Origin: a virus
Reading direction: 5' to 3' (one strand)
DNA: 64,000 bases
Virus record (IMG/VR): IMGVR_UViG_3300027743_000001
Location: 22,543-86,542 of that record
Below, piece after piece: positions 8,749-19,114 of the stretch. The position numbers were made by a program, and so were the translations under genes. Position 1 is the first letter of the stretch; the number at the start of each line of letters is the position of its first letter. Below the pieces are notes generated by a model. The model made no database searches, was not told where the DNA came from, and saw nothing but the letters and a program-made list of their open reading frames with translations.

Positions 8749-11700
8749 ACCTCATAGCTTTCCGGCAGATCGAGCAAGTTGCGGAGGTTCGGAGGCATGT
8801 ACACGGGAGGCAGATCGGATGGCCGCATGGTCTTGGCCTTGGCTATGGTGACGATGTACCGCTCTAGCGGAACCCCGTTGATAGAGACAATCCCCTTGGC
8901 CTTCAGCTTCGCGATGGCCGAGTCGACTTCTTTCTGGCTCGGAGCCGCGATCATGCTGGCCTGCTCCGGAGCGATGCCACCGCTAATGTAGTAGTCCTTG
9001 ATGTTCTCCCATACCGTAAGGCTCCGCATGATGTTGCTGCCATTGTCAGGATTCCCGTACACATCCTCCAAGGAACCGCGCATGTCACCGATGCGACCGT
9101 AGAGAGCCTCAGGGTGGTGGTAAATCATGAGTCCACCGGAGATATATACAGCCTGGTCGTTGTGGTCCGGGAGGTAGTTGTACTTCTTGGCTGAGGCATA
9201 GGCGCCATGTCCGGCGTACACGCTGGAATCGTGGACTGCGGACTGCCCGAGTCCCTTACCAGTGGGAGCGTCCACGGCGCCCTGAAGCCGTTTGGTCATG
9301 CTGTTGACGTTGCCATACAGTGCTGTAGACGCAATGACATCCGCGTTGTTGCGCTTCGTGCCTTTGACCACAAGGTTCATCTTGCTCTTAGCCTTCATGG
9401 CAGCGATGGCTCGCTCAGACCAGAAGTAGGAAACCTTACCGATCGACTCATCAACGCCCACTCGAACGTCCTGCCAGCCCAGATCAGTGATACCCATCCA
9501 CTCTCCGGCCTTCTTGAACATCTGCTCATCCGACATGCCCTGTGTGTTGTCAGCGTTGGCCTGGTCGAAGCTGACCATAGTGGACAGGAAGACCCGCGCC
9601 TGCTGCTTGGCCGAAGACTGCGTCATGGGGGAGTAACCACCCAGGCCCAGCTCAGCCATGGCCGCCGAAAGATCCCCATCGGTTGCACCCTCAGGAAGGA
9701 AGATGTTGGTCATTCCAAACCGGGAGTCATTCTTGTACTCGCTGGCCGGGTCGATCACCTCTATGACAACCCCGTTGCTAGCTACCAGCCGCACATTGCG
9801 GGACGTGCCGAAGTCAGGAAATGCACTCTTCGCCAACGGGACACCCTGTCCCGGCTCCACATACAAGGTCCCGTCCGCCTGCATGCCAGACAGGCCGCCG
9901 TCTTGGGCGACGGTCCATCCCCTGGCCTGTGCCGACTGGCTCAATGAGAACTGGCCGGTCTGAAGTACCTTGATCTTGGTGGGGTCCCACGCGGTCACGG
10001 TGTAGGTGTGACCAGCAGACCACGGGGTAGTGACCGTGGACCCATCAGACAGGCTCTTGAAGGTCACTATCTTGCCGCCGGTAGCCGCGTCGTCCTGCAC
10101 GTCCACCACTTCGTAGTTCGGCGGGTTGACGCCAGAGTTGTCCGGCCGCCACTGGCTCTTGAGTTCCGGCTGGCTGCTGCTTGAAGGCCGGATAGATACC
10201 CTCTCGCCTACCGCGATGCTCTCCGTAGGCTTCTTGGTGCGTACCCAGTCGCCCTGCTCCTGTGTGTCACCACTAGCCAGGTTGCTGGCAAAGGTCGCAC
10301 GCTGCTCCTTGGAGAGAGCGAAGATCACCCGGTTGTACTTCTTACCGGACGGCCCGATCGCGCGGGTCGTGAACATCTCCCCACCCCGGATGCCGGTGGA
10401 GTTGGTGACGATCGCCCGCTGCTTGCCGTCCTGCAAGGTCTTGCCCAGCGCCTCGGCCGGCGTGTCAACCGCCAGCGCCATTCCCTTAGGAACCTCCAAC
10501 GGGGCCAGCGGCGCCTGGTAAGGGCCGTACTCTTCCGTGTCGAGCCGGAGCGCCGTGACCAGCCGTGTCGACTTCTCTCCGCTGCTGGTGAGGACCACCG
10601 CGCTCTGCTTGTTCTTGCTGAGGCTGATGATCTTGCCGTGCATCGGACCCTTGCCGGTGACGTGCATGCCCGCCGTAGGGATGTAGCCGTCCTTGGTGAG
10701 CGGGCCGCCCCACGCCAGCACCACGTCCTCACTAGGTGCGCCCGGCAGGCTGGGCTTTGGCTCGGCAACGGGAGGCTTAGCCGCGTAGACGGCATAGTTA
10801 GACGGCATCTTGTTGGTGAGGAACATGGAGTGCTTGCCTTGGTCAACTGCTACGGCGCCAGGCTCATGCCCCACAGAGTAGTGGTGGAAATCTATAAACT
10901 CACCATCTATCTGCACCATCTGCATGTATTCATTGGGCTTGTGGGGGTCCCCATAGGACACATAAATCCAGTCCCCAGGCTTCAGGTCCATACCCTTGAA
11001 GTCGGAGGCTAGGGTGATCTCCATGGTGCTCGGGTGGGGTGCCCCGATCGCGTCGTTGGCACCAGAGGCTGCCGTCTGAGGGAAGGCGCTCGGAGGAGCA
11101 ACTGACAGGTCAACCTTCTGCATGCCGGAGAAGTTGCTGCCATAGACTGCGAACTCAGCTTTCTCTAGCTTCTTGGTTTCGTAGTCCTGGTAGAGCTGGT
11201 ACATGAGCGGGTCGTCGGGGTCCGCGTTCGGGTCCGACACATAGACGTTGTACAGGGTCTTGTAGAGCTGCTCACCCGGCTGAAGCTCATACGTCTTGCC
11301 GTTGAACTCAATCCCAGTGACTGCCTCGACATCAACTATCTGCGGGCTGGCACTGACCGGACCAGGCCCGGAGAGGTCCGGGGGAGTCAGTGCGTCGTAC
11401 TCTCCCAGCGTTCCCTGCGCGACAGACATCTTGGCATCACCGATGCCGCCCTGCGCGAGGAAAGCCAGCACAGTGGACTCGTCATGGCCAACAGTGGTGT
11501 TGATAGTTCCGTCAGCGGAAATCGCGTTGTACTTGCCATCGGGCTGCTTGACCAGGTACTGATCCGGGATCGTCGGAGTCTGGATCTTGATGACGATGTC
11601 ATCCGGCTGAGTCGTCAAGCCGTTGAACGTGCCGCCCGTAGGTCCGACATTCGGGTCGGGGTTGAACAGCTTGTTGAACATCCCTTGAACGGAGGGGGCT

Positions 11701-14700
11701 TCAGCATCAGAAGCAGCCTGCGTGGGGAAGGGGGGCGGGTCACCCTCCGCCTGGTGGACCAACGTCTTCTTGTCGTTCGGCACCAGCCCCATGACGTGAT
11801 GGGTGATGGAGGCGCCGCCCAGCTGGCCGTCATCCTTGATCGGCCACCAGGATGCACCGGGAGCGGACTGGATGTAGTAGGTGTTTGAGTCAGATATGTA
11901 GACAACAGACTCCCAGCTGCTTACCTCATAGAAGCTGTTGATCTTATCGCCAGTGGCAACCTGATCCGGCACAGCAGGGGCGATGTCAACCACGTCAACC
12001 TGGTTGCTGAACGGGTCATGGTAGAGGTTGACCTGGTAAGGGCTGCCGTCTGAGTTGTACTTGTTGACGGTCGTGCTTACATCAATGGAGTCATCACCGT
12101 CTATGTGGTACCAGTTGGAGCTGGCCGGAGAGGCGATGTAATACTCATTGCCGATCTTGGCAACCTGGTTTCCGGACTGAACGGATACCTTGTACCCGTT
12201 CGGGAGAGTCAACTCCTCAGTGCCGGTCCCCTGGTGGAAGTTCTTCAGGCCCATGGGACCCTCTTGGTCGCCATCACCGACCCACGTGCCGCCCGTTCCG
12301 GCAGCGTTCACTGTCCACATCTGCCAGCCGGAAGTGGTGTGCCGACGCCAGAAGGTGCCCGACCCAGAGACAAAGATCGGATACTTCGCGTCGTCGTACT
12401 TGAGCGCCTGGTTGAGTGCCCAGCCGGCCGCGTCCTGGCCCTGGTTGCCGGTCAGCTTGTGGTCGTTTGTGGTACCCGGCCCGGCCTTCAGCTTCGTGGC
12501 CATATCATTAGCCGCGTCGATCTGGCCCTGCGTCAACTCAGCATCTATGTAGTCGGACCCCTTACGGGTCACCCGGATACTCACGTTCGGGCCGAAGTCC
12601 TGTTTGGACAGGAGCTGAGGTGAAACTGTGCCAGCGTCGACTACTACAGCTACCTTGTCATCTCCCAGAGGCAGGTTGTTCTCCACCACGACGAATAGGT
12701 ACTGGCCAGCTTCAACCTCATCTCCCGGTTCCAGGTGGGGGATGATCTGGTGAGCCGGAAGATAGGCACCGTCCTCATCGAAGATGCTGGTTTCGGTCTT
12801 CTCCACGAGCGGAGCATCTGCGTCGTACGTACCAACGGTGCCATCTGAGAAGGCCAGGTAAACAAGACTAGACCCTTCAGGGGCATCCACAAAGGTGACC
12901 ACTACGACGTCATCGCCGTTGTGCACCGACTCGCCCGGCTTCAGTCCCTGCGCGGGGACCATCGGGCCGCCGTGCGGACCCGTCGCCCCCGCAGACTCCG
13001 GCAAACCAGAAGACTCCGGGATGACCGTGGGGGTCGTGTCAACCGTGAAGTCATTCAGGACAGTTTTCAGTACGGTGAATGGAGTTTCGTTCTTGTCTAT
13101 CATCCGCACCGTCGTGTCGGTGATAGCGATGATCTCGTAGCTGTTGTCGGGGCTACTGATCGGGCTGACCTTGTGGCCGACCTTCAGCACGCCACTGTCG
13201 ATCCAGGCCGCCAGCGTCTTCGCCTCATCCACCTGGCTGACGGCCGTGACCGCCGGAGCCATGGGGGAAGGTGGCTCCGGCACCGATACCGGCTCAGGCT
13301 CAGGCTCCGGAGTCGTGTCAACCGTCGCTCCGGCTTCCTCCGTGATGGTCACCGTGCTGACTGACTTACGCTTGCGGACGCCGGACGTGTTCTCGATGAA
13401 CACGAACTTGCCGTCCGGGGAGATCATCACGATCTTGCCCTGGTGGCCGTCCTTGGCCAACGCCGTCATGCCGAGCTTAGGAACCTTGCCGTCCCCCGTC
13501 ATCGGGGTCTTGGCGCCCACCACGTTGGCCGCCGGGGTCTTGCCAGGCTGCGTCAGGGTTGACGCCGCCTTCATCAGCTCCTTGCCGTCTTCGTCCTTGA
13601 CGACAGCGCTGTAGCCCTTCTTCTTGACGTAGGTGTAGGTCTTCCCGTCCTTCTTGGAGACCACCTTCGCACCGGGTCCGGCCTCGGTACCGTCACCCAG
13701 AAGCATGCCCTTGTCATCGCTAACGACAGACTTAGCCTGCGCCTCGGCCGCCGCCTTGATGTCTTCCTTGACCTGCGTCTCTACGGTGGCAGCCATGCCG
13801 GTCTTCTGCGGCGGTTCCGATATCTCCACCTCAGGCTCCGGGACGGGCACCGGCTCCAGCAGCTGGACGATCTCCTCCACCTCGGCCTCGGCAGCCTCGG
13901 GGAGGTTCGGCTTCTGCGCTTCCGGCGGAGGCGGATCCCAGCGCTCCACGATGTAGGGGCCGGATCCCAGGGCGTAGGTGTCCAGGATTACCGATGTGGT
14001 GTTTCCCTTGTCCCGAAGCATGACCTTCTTTTTGGCGGGGGAAACTCCCATCACCTCATAGGTGTGGCCGTTCGGGTCGGTGATCGTGTCCCCGCGCTCG
14101 AACTTGATGGTGTGAAGATCAGCAGCATCCAGAGCGGCGCCATGGTGTGGCCGTTCCAGGTTGGTCAACGGGCTCTGGTAGTGGACATCCGTCTTAGAGC
14201 CGTACTTGTCCTTCAAGGCCCATCGCTGGTCTTGCAGCTCGTCCGGCTCCATCAGGCTGCCGTCAGTCAGGTCAACGCCGATCCTGATAGTTCCCGATCC
14301 GATCCGGACGTAGTCGCCAGGTGACGCCATATCCAGAGCTTGTCCGAGGTTCATCGGGAACCACTTGCGGGACAGGCCGTTGTTCTCGGCTACGTCCGGG
14401 ACGTTTATCGGCTTGGAGGCTTCCGGAAGCGGGAGTCCATAGTGGTCAGCAATGTACCTACGGCGCGACTTGAGCGTGTCAGCCAGGGACTGAGGTAGTC
14501 CACGCTCAGAAACCAGGTCATCAATTTCTTCCGGAGAGATAGCCAGAACCCGGACGGCGCCATCCAGCTCATCCTCCTTAGGCATCACGTTCTCGCCGAA
14601 GATGGCAGCCTTCTTACCGGACCGCATGGTCTCCAGCTCCATCACCTTGTTACCGAAGGCGCCGCCCTTAGGTTCGCCTTGAGCCCGGTAGGTGAGAGCC

Positions 14701-16937
14701 CCGCCGTTGTCGATCCGCCAGGACGTGCCTTCCTTGTCGACGAACACGTTGTCCCAACCGAGGCCGAAGACATCCCAGTTCGAGAGCCAAGCGTCAACGA
14801 CAAAGTTCTTGCGGATCTGTGTCAACCACTCCTTGTCCTTCAGCTTCTCATTGATCGTCTGGCTGAGTTCCTCGCCCTCCACGATCTCGGAGTAGATGTT
14901 CTTTCCGTCGTAGTCGACGTTCGGCACCGGGACGCCAGCCGCTGAGTACAGATCATTGGCCAGCTCCTCCACCTTGCCGTGATCTTGGCTCTTGGGCTTC
15001 TTGACGTAGAACTTCTTGGCCGGGCCGCCGGCAGGGTCCGGGATGCTGTACATCCCGCCTTCATTGCTGCCGCCCTGCCCGCCGATCTTCGTAGACCCAG
15101 CGTCATCCTTGGTGAGGTGGGCAATCTTCTTTGGCGCGCGGTAGACCTGGTTGGGGCGGAGCGTCAGCTCCTTCTCGCCCGGGGTCGGCGTGCCAGACAG
15201 GTCGGACGGCTGAACCTTCAACTCAGCTTTGTCGTCTGACCCCTTGAGTATGTCCTTGACCTGCCCGTACTTCCACTTGCCATTCTTCAGGAACTTGATG
15301 ATCCCGAACTTGTTAATGAACCGGCCGTCCGCGCCACGCGGGTGTTCCCACGGCTCGAAGGCAGGAGCGGCCACGATCGGTTCCAGGAGGGGTGTCACTT
15401 CGATGCTGTTGAACAGGCCCAGCTTCTCCCAGCCGGTACCGTCGTCAGCCAGGGAGGCGTACATGACGTTGTTGCCGTACTCGTCGTCAACCGTGATATA
15501 GGTCTTCTCGTCTTCCCAGCCGGGGCCATGTGTGACCTTCATGGAGACGGTGTTGGGGTCGTCGTGCGCTCCGGTAAAAGCGAAATCGAACTTGCTCTCC
15601 CCGACCCAGAGAGAGATCGTGTCAAAGGATACTGTGGACGGAAGATGGCTCGGGTCTGTGACCTCGATCAGGAAGTCGTTGCCGTAGCCCAGAGTGATGT
15701 GGGGTATCCACTCCGGGTGCTGCTCAACCGTGCTCATCTGGTAGGCAACAACCGGGTCTGCAACGACAGCATCCCTCACACACGACAGTGCCACGTCCTC
15801 AAGCAGGAGCACCGCCGCGTCGTGGTCCCCCAGCCGGCCCCGCCCGTTCACCTCGGTCTCGATCGGGGTGCACTGCTTGGCCAGGTCGCCGAGACACTTG
15901 AGCACGTGATCCAGTTCGTCGGTTGACATGTCAGCGCTGAGGTAAGCCAGGGTCACGTGCGGGTCGTCGTCCACTACGAGCGCATTGACCGGGTCGTCAG
16001 CTGAGGTACGGCAAACGATCACCGCCGTAGGCAGCTCCTCCACCGGCTCCATCTCGTCCAGGATCAGGTCCGCGAGCAGTGCCTGAGGGAAGTTGTGCCC
16101 GACCGGCGGCCCGTAGTCGTACCCCATCGTGTAGTCAAAGACGAACGGGGAGAGGTCGGCCGATCCGGTGATCGCGTTCAGCTCCTTGGTGCGCCGCTTC
16201 ACCTCATTAGATGCTCTCTTGACACGGGCTTTAGAGATCCTGACTTCTAGTTCCTGCATCTTCCTGCGGGCGCGTAGAGTGCGCAGCTCTTTGACCCCCT
16301 TGGGGGTCAATCCAGGTTGTCCGCTAGCGGTGTCAGACGCCTTCTCAAGCTCCTTGATCCGGGCATCATGTTGTCCAACCTCTGCTTGCTGCTTAACCAG
16401 CGACGCTTTCTGGATCTCCAGTGCGTCTTGCGCCCGTTCAATGCTGAGCTTGGCCTTTGCCTTGGAAGCCTTCAGTCTCTTCGCCTTGTTTGCTGCCGAG
16501 GTTCCGGAACCCTTGGAGGAGCCACCCCCGCCGCCGCCGCCGGACTTCTTCTTGACTCCGCCCTCATCCTTTGCCTTGGAGAGATCTTGGTTGAAGTATT
16601 TGGCCAGCACGTTGAGGGTCTGCACGTTGAGCGTGCCCGTGGGCTTCAGGCCCAGCCCAGTCTGATAGTCCTTGAGCGCCCGTGCGGTCTCCGGGCCGAA
16701 GTAGCCAGTGGCTGGCAGGTTGTAGCCGGCTCGCCGGAGCGCTTCCTGCAGCCGGGTGACGGCCGGCCCTTGTGCTCCGACCCCTAGGCCACCATCTTTT
16801 GTGCTGCCCTGACCGGACGTGCTGAACTTGCCGCCCGTGTCCCGCTTGACCTGTGACTCCTCGAAAGCGCGTAGCCGCTGGTTCGGGTCCTTGGCCCGAC
16901 TCGGCCGCTCCCGCCTCTGTTGGCCTGGTTGCGTCAC
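8745..16937 (-). CDS. Giant 2730-aa multidomain head-region protein (peptidoglycan-binding, 2H phosphoesterase, PI3/4K- or HipA-like kinase, SH3-like repeats)
   Basis: VTRLQEALRRAGY...GYFGPETARALKDYQ; HVTLAY and HITLGY; GSNEGG/FYVKK/DAWLSNWD/RIDNGG; lies directly after the portal gene. Confidence 0.8.
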   Translation of the reverse strand: MTQPGQQRRERPSRAKDPNQRLRAFEESQVKRDTGGKFSTSGQGSTKDGGLGVGAQGPAVTRLQEALRRAGYNLPATGYFGPETARALKDYQTGLGLKPTGTLNVQTLNVLAKYFNQDLSKAKDEGGVKKKSGGGGGGGSSKGSGTSAANKAKRLKASKAKAKLSIERAQDALEIQKASLVKQQAEVGQHDARIKELEKASDTASGQPGLTPKGVKELRTLRARRKMQELEVRISKARVKRASNEVKRRTKELNAITGSADLSPFVFDYTMGYDYGPPVGHNFPQALLADLILDEMEPVEELPTAVIVCRTSADDPVNALVVDDDPHVTLAYLSADMSTDELDHVLKCLGDLAKQCTPIETEVNGRGRLGDHDAAVLLLEDVALSCVRDAVVADPVVAYQMSTVEQHPEWIPHITLGYGNDFLIEVTDPSHLPSTVSFDTISLWVGESKFDFAFTGAHDDPNTVSMKVTHGPGWEDEKTYITVDDEYGNNVMYASLADDGTGWEKLGLFNSIEVTPLLEPIVAAPAFEPWEHPRGADGRFINKFGIIKFLKNGKWKYGQVKDILKGSDDKAELKVQPSDLSGTPTPGEKELTLRPNQVYRAPKKIAHLTKDDAGSTKIGGQGGSNEGGMYSIPDPAGGPAKKFYVKKPKSQDHGKVEELANDLYSAAGVPVPNVDYDGKNIYSEIVEGEELSQTINEKLKDKEWLTQIRKNFVVDAWLSNWDVFGLGWDNVFVDKEGTSWRIDNGGALTYRAQGEPKGGAFGNKVMELETMRSGKKAAIFGENVMPKEDELDGAVRVLAISPEEIDDLVSERGLPQSLADTLKSRRRYIADHYGLPLPEASKPINVPDVAENNGLSRKWFPMNLGQALDMASPGDYVRIGSGTIRIGVDLTDGSLMEPDELQDQRWALKDKYGSKTDVHYQSPLTNLERPHHGAALDAADLHTIKFERGDTITDPNGHTYEVMGVSPAKKKVMLRDKGNTTSVILDTYALGSGPYIVERWDPPPPEAQKPNLPEAAEAEVEEIVQLLEPVPVPEPEVEISEPPQKTGMAATVETQVKEDIKAAAEAQAKSVVSDDKGMLLGDGTEAGPGAKVVSKKDGKTYTYVKKKGYSAVVKDEDGKELMKAASTLTQPGKTPAANVVGAKTPMTGDGKVPKLGMTALAKDGHQGKIVMISPDGKFVFIENTSGVRKRKSVSTVTITEEAGATVDTTPEPEPEPVSVPEPPSPMAPAVTAVSQVDEAKTLAAWIDSGVLKVGHKVSPISSPDNSYEIIAITDTTVRMIDKNETPFTVLKTVLNDFTVDTTPTVIPESSGLPESAGATGPHGGPMVPAQGLKPGESVHNGDDVVVVTFVDAPEGSSLVYLAFSDGTVGTYDADAPLVEKTETSIFDEDGAYLPAHQIIPHLEPGDEVEAGQYLFVVVENNLPLGDDKVAVVVDAGTVSPQLLSKQDFGPNVSIRVTRKGSDYIDAELTQGQIDAANDMATKLKAGPGTTNDHKLTGNQGQDAAGWALNQALKYDDAKYPIFVSGSGTFWRRHTTSGWQMWTVNAAGTGGTWVGDGDQEGPMGLKNFHQGTGTEELTLPNGYKVSVQSGNQVAKIGNEYYIASPASSNWYHIDGDDSIDVSTTVNKYNSDGSPYQVNLYHDPFSNQVDVVDIAPAVPDQVATGDKINSFYEVSSWESVVYISDSNTYYIQSAPGASWWPIKDDGQLGGASITHHVMGLVPNDKKTLVHQAEGDPPPFPTQAASDAEAPSVQGMFNKLFNPDPNVGPTGGTFNGLTTQPDDIVIKIQTPTIPDQYLVKQPDGKYNAISADGTINTTVGHDESTVLAFLAQGGIGDAKMSVAQGTLGEYDALTPPDLSGPGPVSASPQIVDVEAVTGIEFNGKTYELQPGEQLYKTLYNVYVSDPNADPDDPLMYQLYQDYETKKLEKAEFAVYGSNFSGMQKVDLSVAPPSAFPQTAASGANDAIGAPHPSTMEITLASDFKGMDLKPGDWIYVSYGDPHKPNEYMQMVQIDGEFIDFHHYSVGHEPGAVAVDQGKHSMFLTNKMPSNYAVYAAKPPVAEPKPSLPGAPSEDVVLAWGGPLTKDGYIPTAGMHVTGKGPMHGKIISLSKNKQSAVVLTSSGEKSTRLVTALRLDTEEYGPYQAPLAPLEVPKGMALAVDTPAEALGKTLQDGKQRAIVTNSTGIRGGEMFTTRAIGPSGKKYNRVIFALSKEQRATFASNLASGDTQEQGDWVRTKKPTESIAVGERVSIRPSSSSQPELKSQWRPDNSGVNPPNYEVVDVQDDAATGGKIVTFKSLSDGSTVTTPWSAGHTYTVTAWDPTKIKVLQTGQFSLSQSAQARGWTVAQDGGLSGMQADGTLYVEPGQGVPLAKSAFPDFGTSRNVRLVASNGVVIEVIDPASEYKNDSRFGMTNIFLPEGATDGDLSAAMAELGLGGYSPMTQSSAKQQARVFLSTMVSFDQANADNTQGMSDEQMFKKAGEWMGITDLGWQDVRVGVDESIGKVSYFWSERAIAAMKAKSKMNLVVKGTKRNNADVIASTALYGNVNSMTKRLQGAVDAPTGKGLGQSAVHDSSVYAGHGAYASAKKYNYLPDHNDQAVYISGGLMIYHHPEALYGRIGDMRGSLEDVYGNPDNGSNIMRSLTVWENIKDYYISGGIAPEQASMIAAPSQKEVDSAIAKLKAKGIVSINGVPLERYIVTIAKAKTMRPSDLPPVYMPPNLRNLLDLPESYEV

Positions 16938-16939
16938 GG

Positions 16940-18439
16940 TCAGCCTCCAAGAATCTGCTGCGCTGAGTCAGGCATCGGGACTGGAGATTCTGCTACGTTC
17001 TGTTCCCGCTCGGCCTCCAGCACGTTGGGAAGCGCCACGTTCAGCAGGGCTACCGTTACGTCCGGTGGCAACATTCCCTTGGAGGCAACCAGCATGAGCG
17101 CCAGCTCCTGCTCCGTGGGAGCATCCGTCTCGGCCAGCCCGTTCTCCCGGCGCCATGCCTTGGGTCCGACCAGGAAGTGCTCAAACCCGATTGTCACTTC
17201 CTCGGACTGGTTGGGCCGGGTCACGATCTGGGAGGGGTCGTACCAAACCACAACGCGGCCGACAGCTGCCGGCTCGAACCCCTCGGCCAGCAGTCTGGTG
17301 CGGAGGTACATTTCCGTGGTTGCATCCGACAGCGCCAGCGCCAGCGGCTCAATGTTGGCCTTGTACAGGTTGTCATCGATGACCACCGCGTTGCTGTACT
17401 TGACGGCCGCCAGGCCGGCCACCATTTCCTTGGGAACGTCGATGCCCTGAAGGATGCGTTCCAGGGAGCGCTCCGCCCGGTTGACAAGCCACTCATCGCT
17501 GCTGCGCTCGAACGTCAGGTGTCGGATGGAGGAACCCTGATCGCTTGGCCCGGTCACCACCATGGGAACTACGGAGCTAGCACTGCCTTCGTCCGAGACG
17601 GGGGTGACCATAGCGTCCATCAGCTCGGCCACGAAAGCGTTGCCGGGGTCTACTACGGCCTGCTCACCATCTGTCTCGTCTGCGTTTGCCACGGTGGCCG
17701 AGGCGACCGTGATGCCATCCGGAACGAAAAGAAGGCCGGCATTCAGCCGGCTGCGGGTCGCCGAGCGGACCAGCCGCTGGAGCATCAGCAGCTCCTCGAT
17801 GGAGTCCGTGAGCGCCATCAGCGAGGAGTCCGGCTCCTTGGAATACTCCGGGTGCTCACGCCACACCCGAGCTATGTAGGTGCTTGTTGGCAGCGGCTTC
17901 TGTTCTCCACCACGTAGCGGCTGATACAGGACTGAGTTCTGTTCTACCTTGACTTCCTTTGTGGACTTGAACGCCCACTCTCCGCTGCCCGGCATCTGCA
18001 TGAAGTAGACCTCGCCGGCCACGTTCATGTTGAGAGCGAAGGACCGAACCTTAGAGCTGAAGTTGGAGGTCGTGAACTCCAGCATGATCTCCTGAGCGCG
18101 CTTGGCCAGGTCGTCGTCAACCAGGCCCTTCTCCGCTGCCTCCGTGATAGAGGTCGGTGCCTGCTCCGGGTCCAGCACCACGGCCGGGTAGAGTCGGATC
18201 CGGGAGAGGATGCTGCCGACCAGGTTGAACCCGTAGTGGATCTCTCCCACCCGCTCGTACCCGATCCAGGCGTCGGTCTGCCAGACCTCCCAGGGACGCG
18301 AGCCCGGCTGCATCTCTTTGACCTTGATGCGCTCGGTTGAAGCCGTAATAGGGCGTTGCGCGTTGTATGGCGCCGCTTTGGCCGGGCGCGCAGCTGACGG
18401 CTTGTCGGCGCGGGGATTATCGCGTGTGAAGAGGCCCAT
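16940..18439 (-). CDS. Portal protein
   Basis: WQTDAW..YERVGE, VAGEVY, RVWREHP...DS and RSRLNAGLLFVP motifs of actinophage portals; 499 aa; position after terminase. Confidence 0.85.
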   Translation of the reverse strand: MGLFTRDNPRADKPSAARPAKAAPYNAQRPITASTERIKVKEMQPGSRPWEVWQTDAWIGYERVGEIHYGFNLVGSILSRIRLYPAVVLDPEQAPTSITEAAEKGLVDDDLAKRAQEIMLEFTTSNFSSKVRSFALNMNVAGEVYFMQMPGSGEWAFKSTKEVKVEQNSVLYQPLRGGEQKPLPTSTYIARVWREHPEYSKEPDSSLMALTDSIEELLMLQRLVRSATRSRLNAGLLFVPDGITVASATVANADETDGEQAVVDPGNAFVAELMDAMVTPVSDEGSASSVVPMVVTGPSDQGSSIRHLTFERSSDEWLVNRAERSLERILQGIDVPKEMVAGLAAVKYSNAVVIDDNLYKANIEPLALALSDATTEMYLRTRLLAEGFEPAAVGRVVVWYDPSQIVTRPNQSEEVTIGFEHFLVGPKAWRRENGLAETDAPTEQELALMLVASKGMLPPDVTVALLNVALPNVLEAEREQNVAESPVPMPDSAQQILGG

Positions 18440-18456
18440 AAGGGAATACTACGGTG

Positions 18457-18705
18457 TCAACCGGTGGGGGTCACCACGCGCAAGCACGACTCGCAAATTG
18501 GCCCCTCGCCGAAGACAGGCTCCCACCAATCTGCGGCTTTTACCCGATAAGACAGGTCGGCCCCGCACATCACCTCGCCGAGAGGCATGGCCGGCAGGGC
18601 CACGTGGACCACTGGCTCACCGTCCTCACGCTGCCACTCGTCAACCACCCGGTACCAGCGCTCCCGACGATCTTGGAAATCCTGCTCGGTCAGCGGCTCA
18701 GTCAC
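18457..18705 (-). CDS. Hypothetical protein with H/C..CxxC zinc-binding pattern
   Basis: VHV...MCG...CESC; overlaps the upstream stop. Confidence 0.5.
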   Translation of the reverse strand: MTEPLTEQDFQDRRERWYRVVDEWQREDGEPVVHVALPAMPLGEVMCGADLSYRVKAADWWEPVFGEGPICESCLRVVTPTG

Positions 18706-19114
18706 GGTGGTACCGGCCGGTGAACGGCGGCTGCTGCTCACGCAGTGCTGCTGACTTCTGCTGCATCTCGGGGGTGATCGGGGTTGATACGAGCACTGCC
18801 CCCGGGAAGGGATTCCAGCTCCGGATCATGCGCGCCCCGCACGACGGGCACCCGCCACGCTGTTGGACGGAGTAGCCGGAGAACACGCCGCCACGGTAAG
18901 AGGCATAGGGAGCGATCTCGGACGGGTCCAGCTCCATGTCAAACCGCTCGATACCCTGGCTGCCGGCCGCCCACCCGATGGTGATCGCGCGTTCGGTCAC
19001 GATGATCCGGAACTTGTAGCTGCTGTTACTCGGCACGCCCGGAGGAAGCGGACTGATCATCGCGGGGTAGATGTCGGCGTAGACCTTCACCCGCTCGCCC
19101 TGCTGGTAGATCAC
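18698..19114 (-). CDS. Hypothetical protein (CxxC)
   Basis: Coupled ORF in the minus-strand operon; GGCPSCG. Confidence 0.6.
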   Translation of the reverse strand: MIYQQGERVKVYADIYPAMISPLPPGVPSNSSYKFRIIVTERAITIGWAAGSQGIERFDMELDPSEIAPYASYRGGVFSGYSVQQRGGCPSCGARMIRSWNPFPGAVLVSTPITPEMQQKSAALREQQPPFTGRYHRD

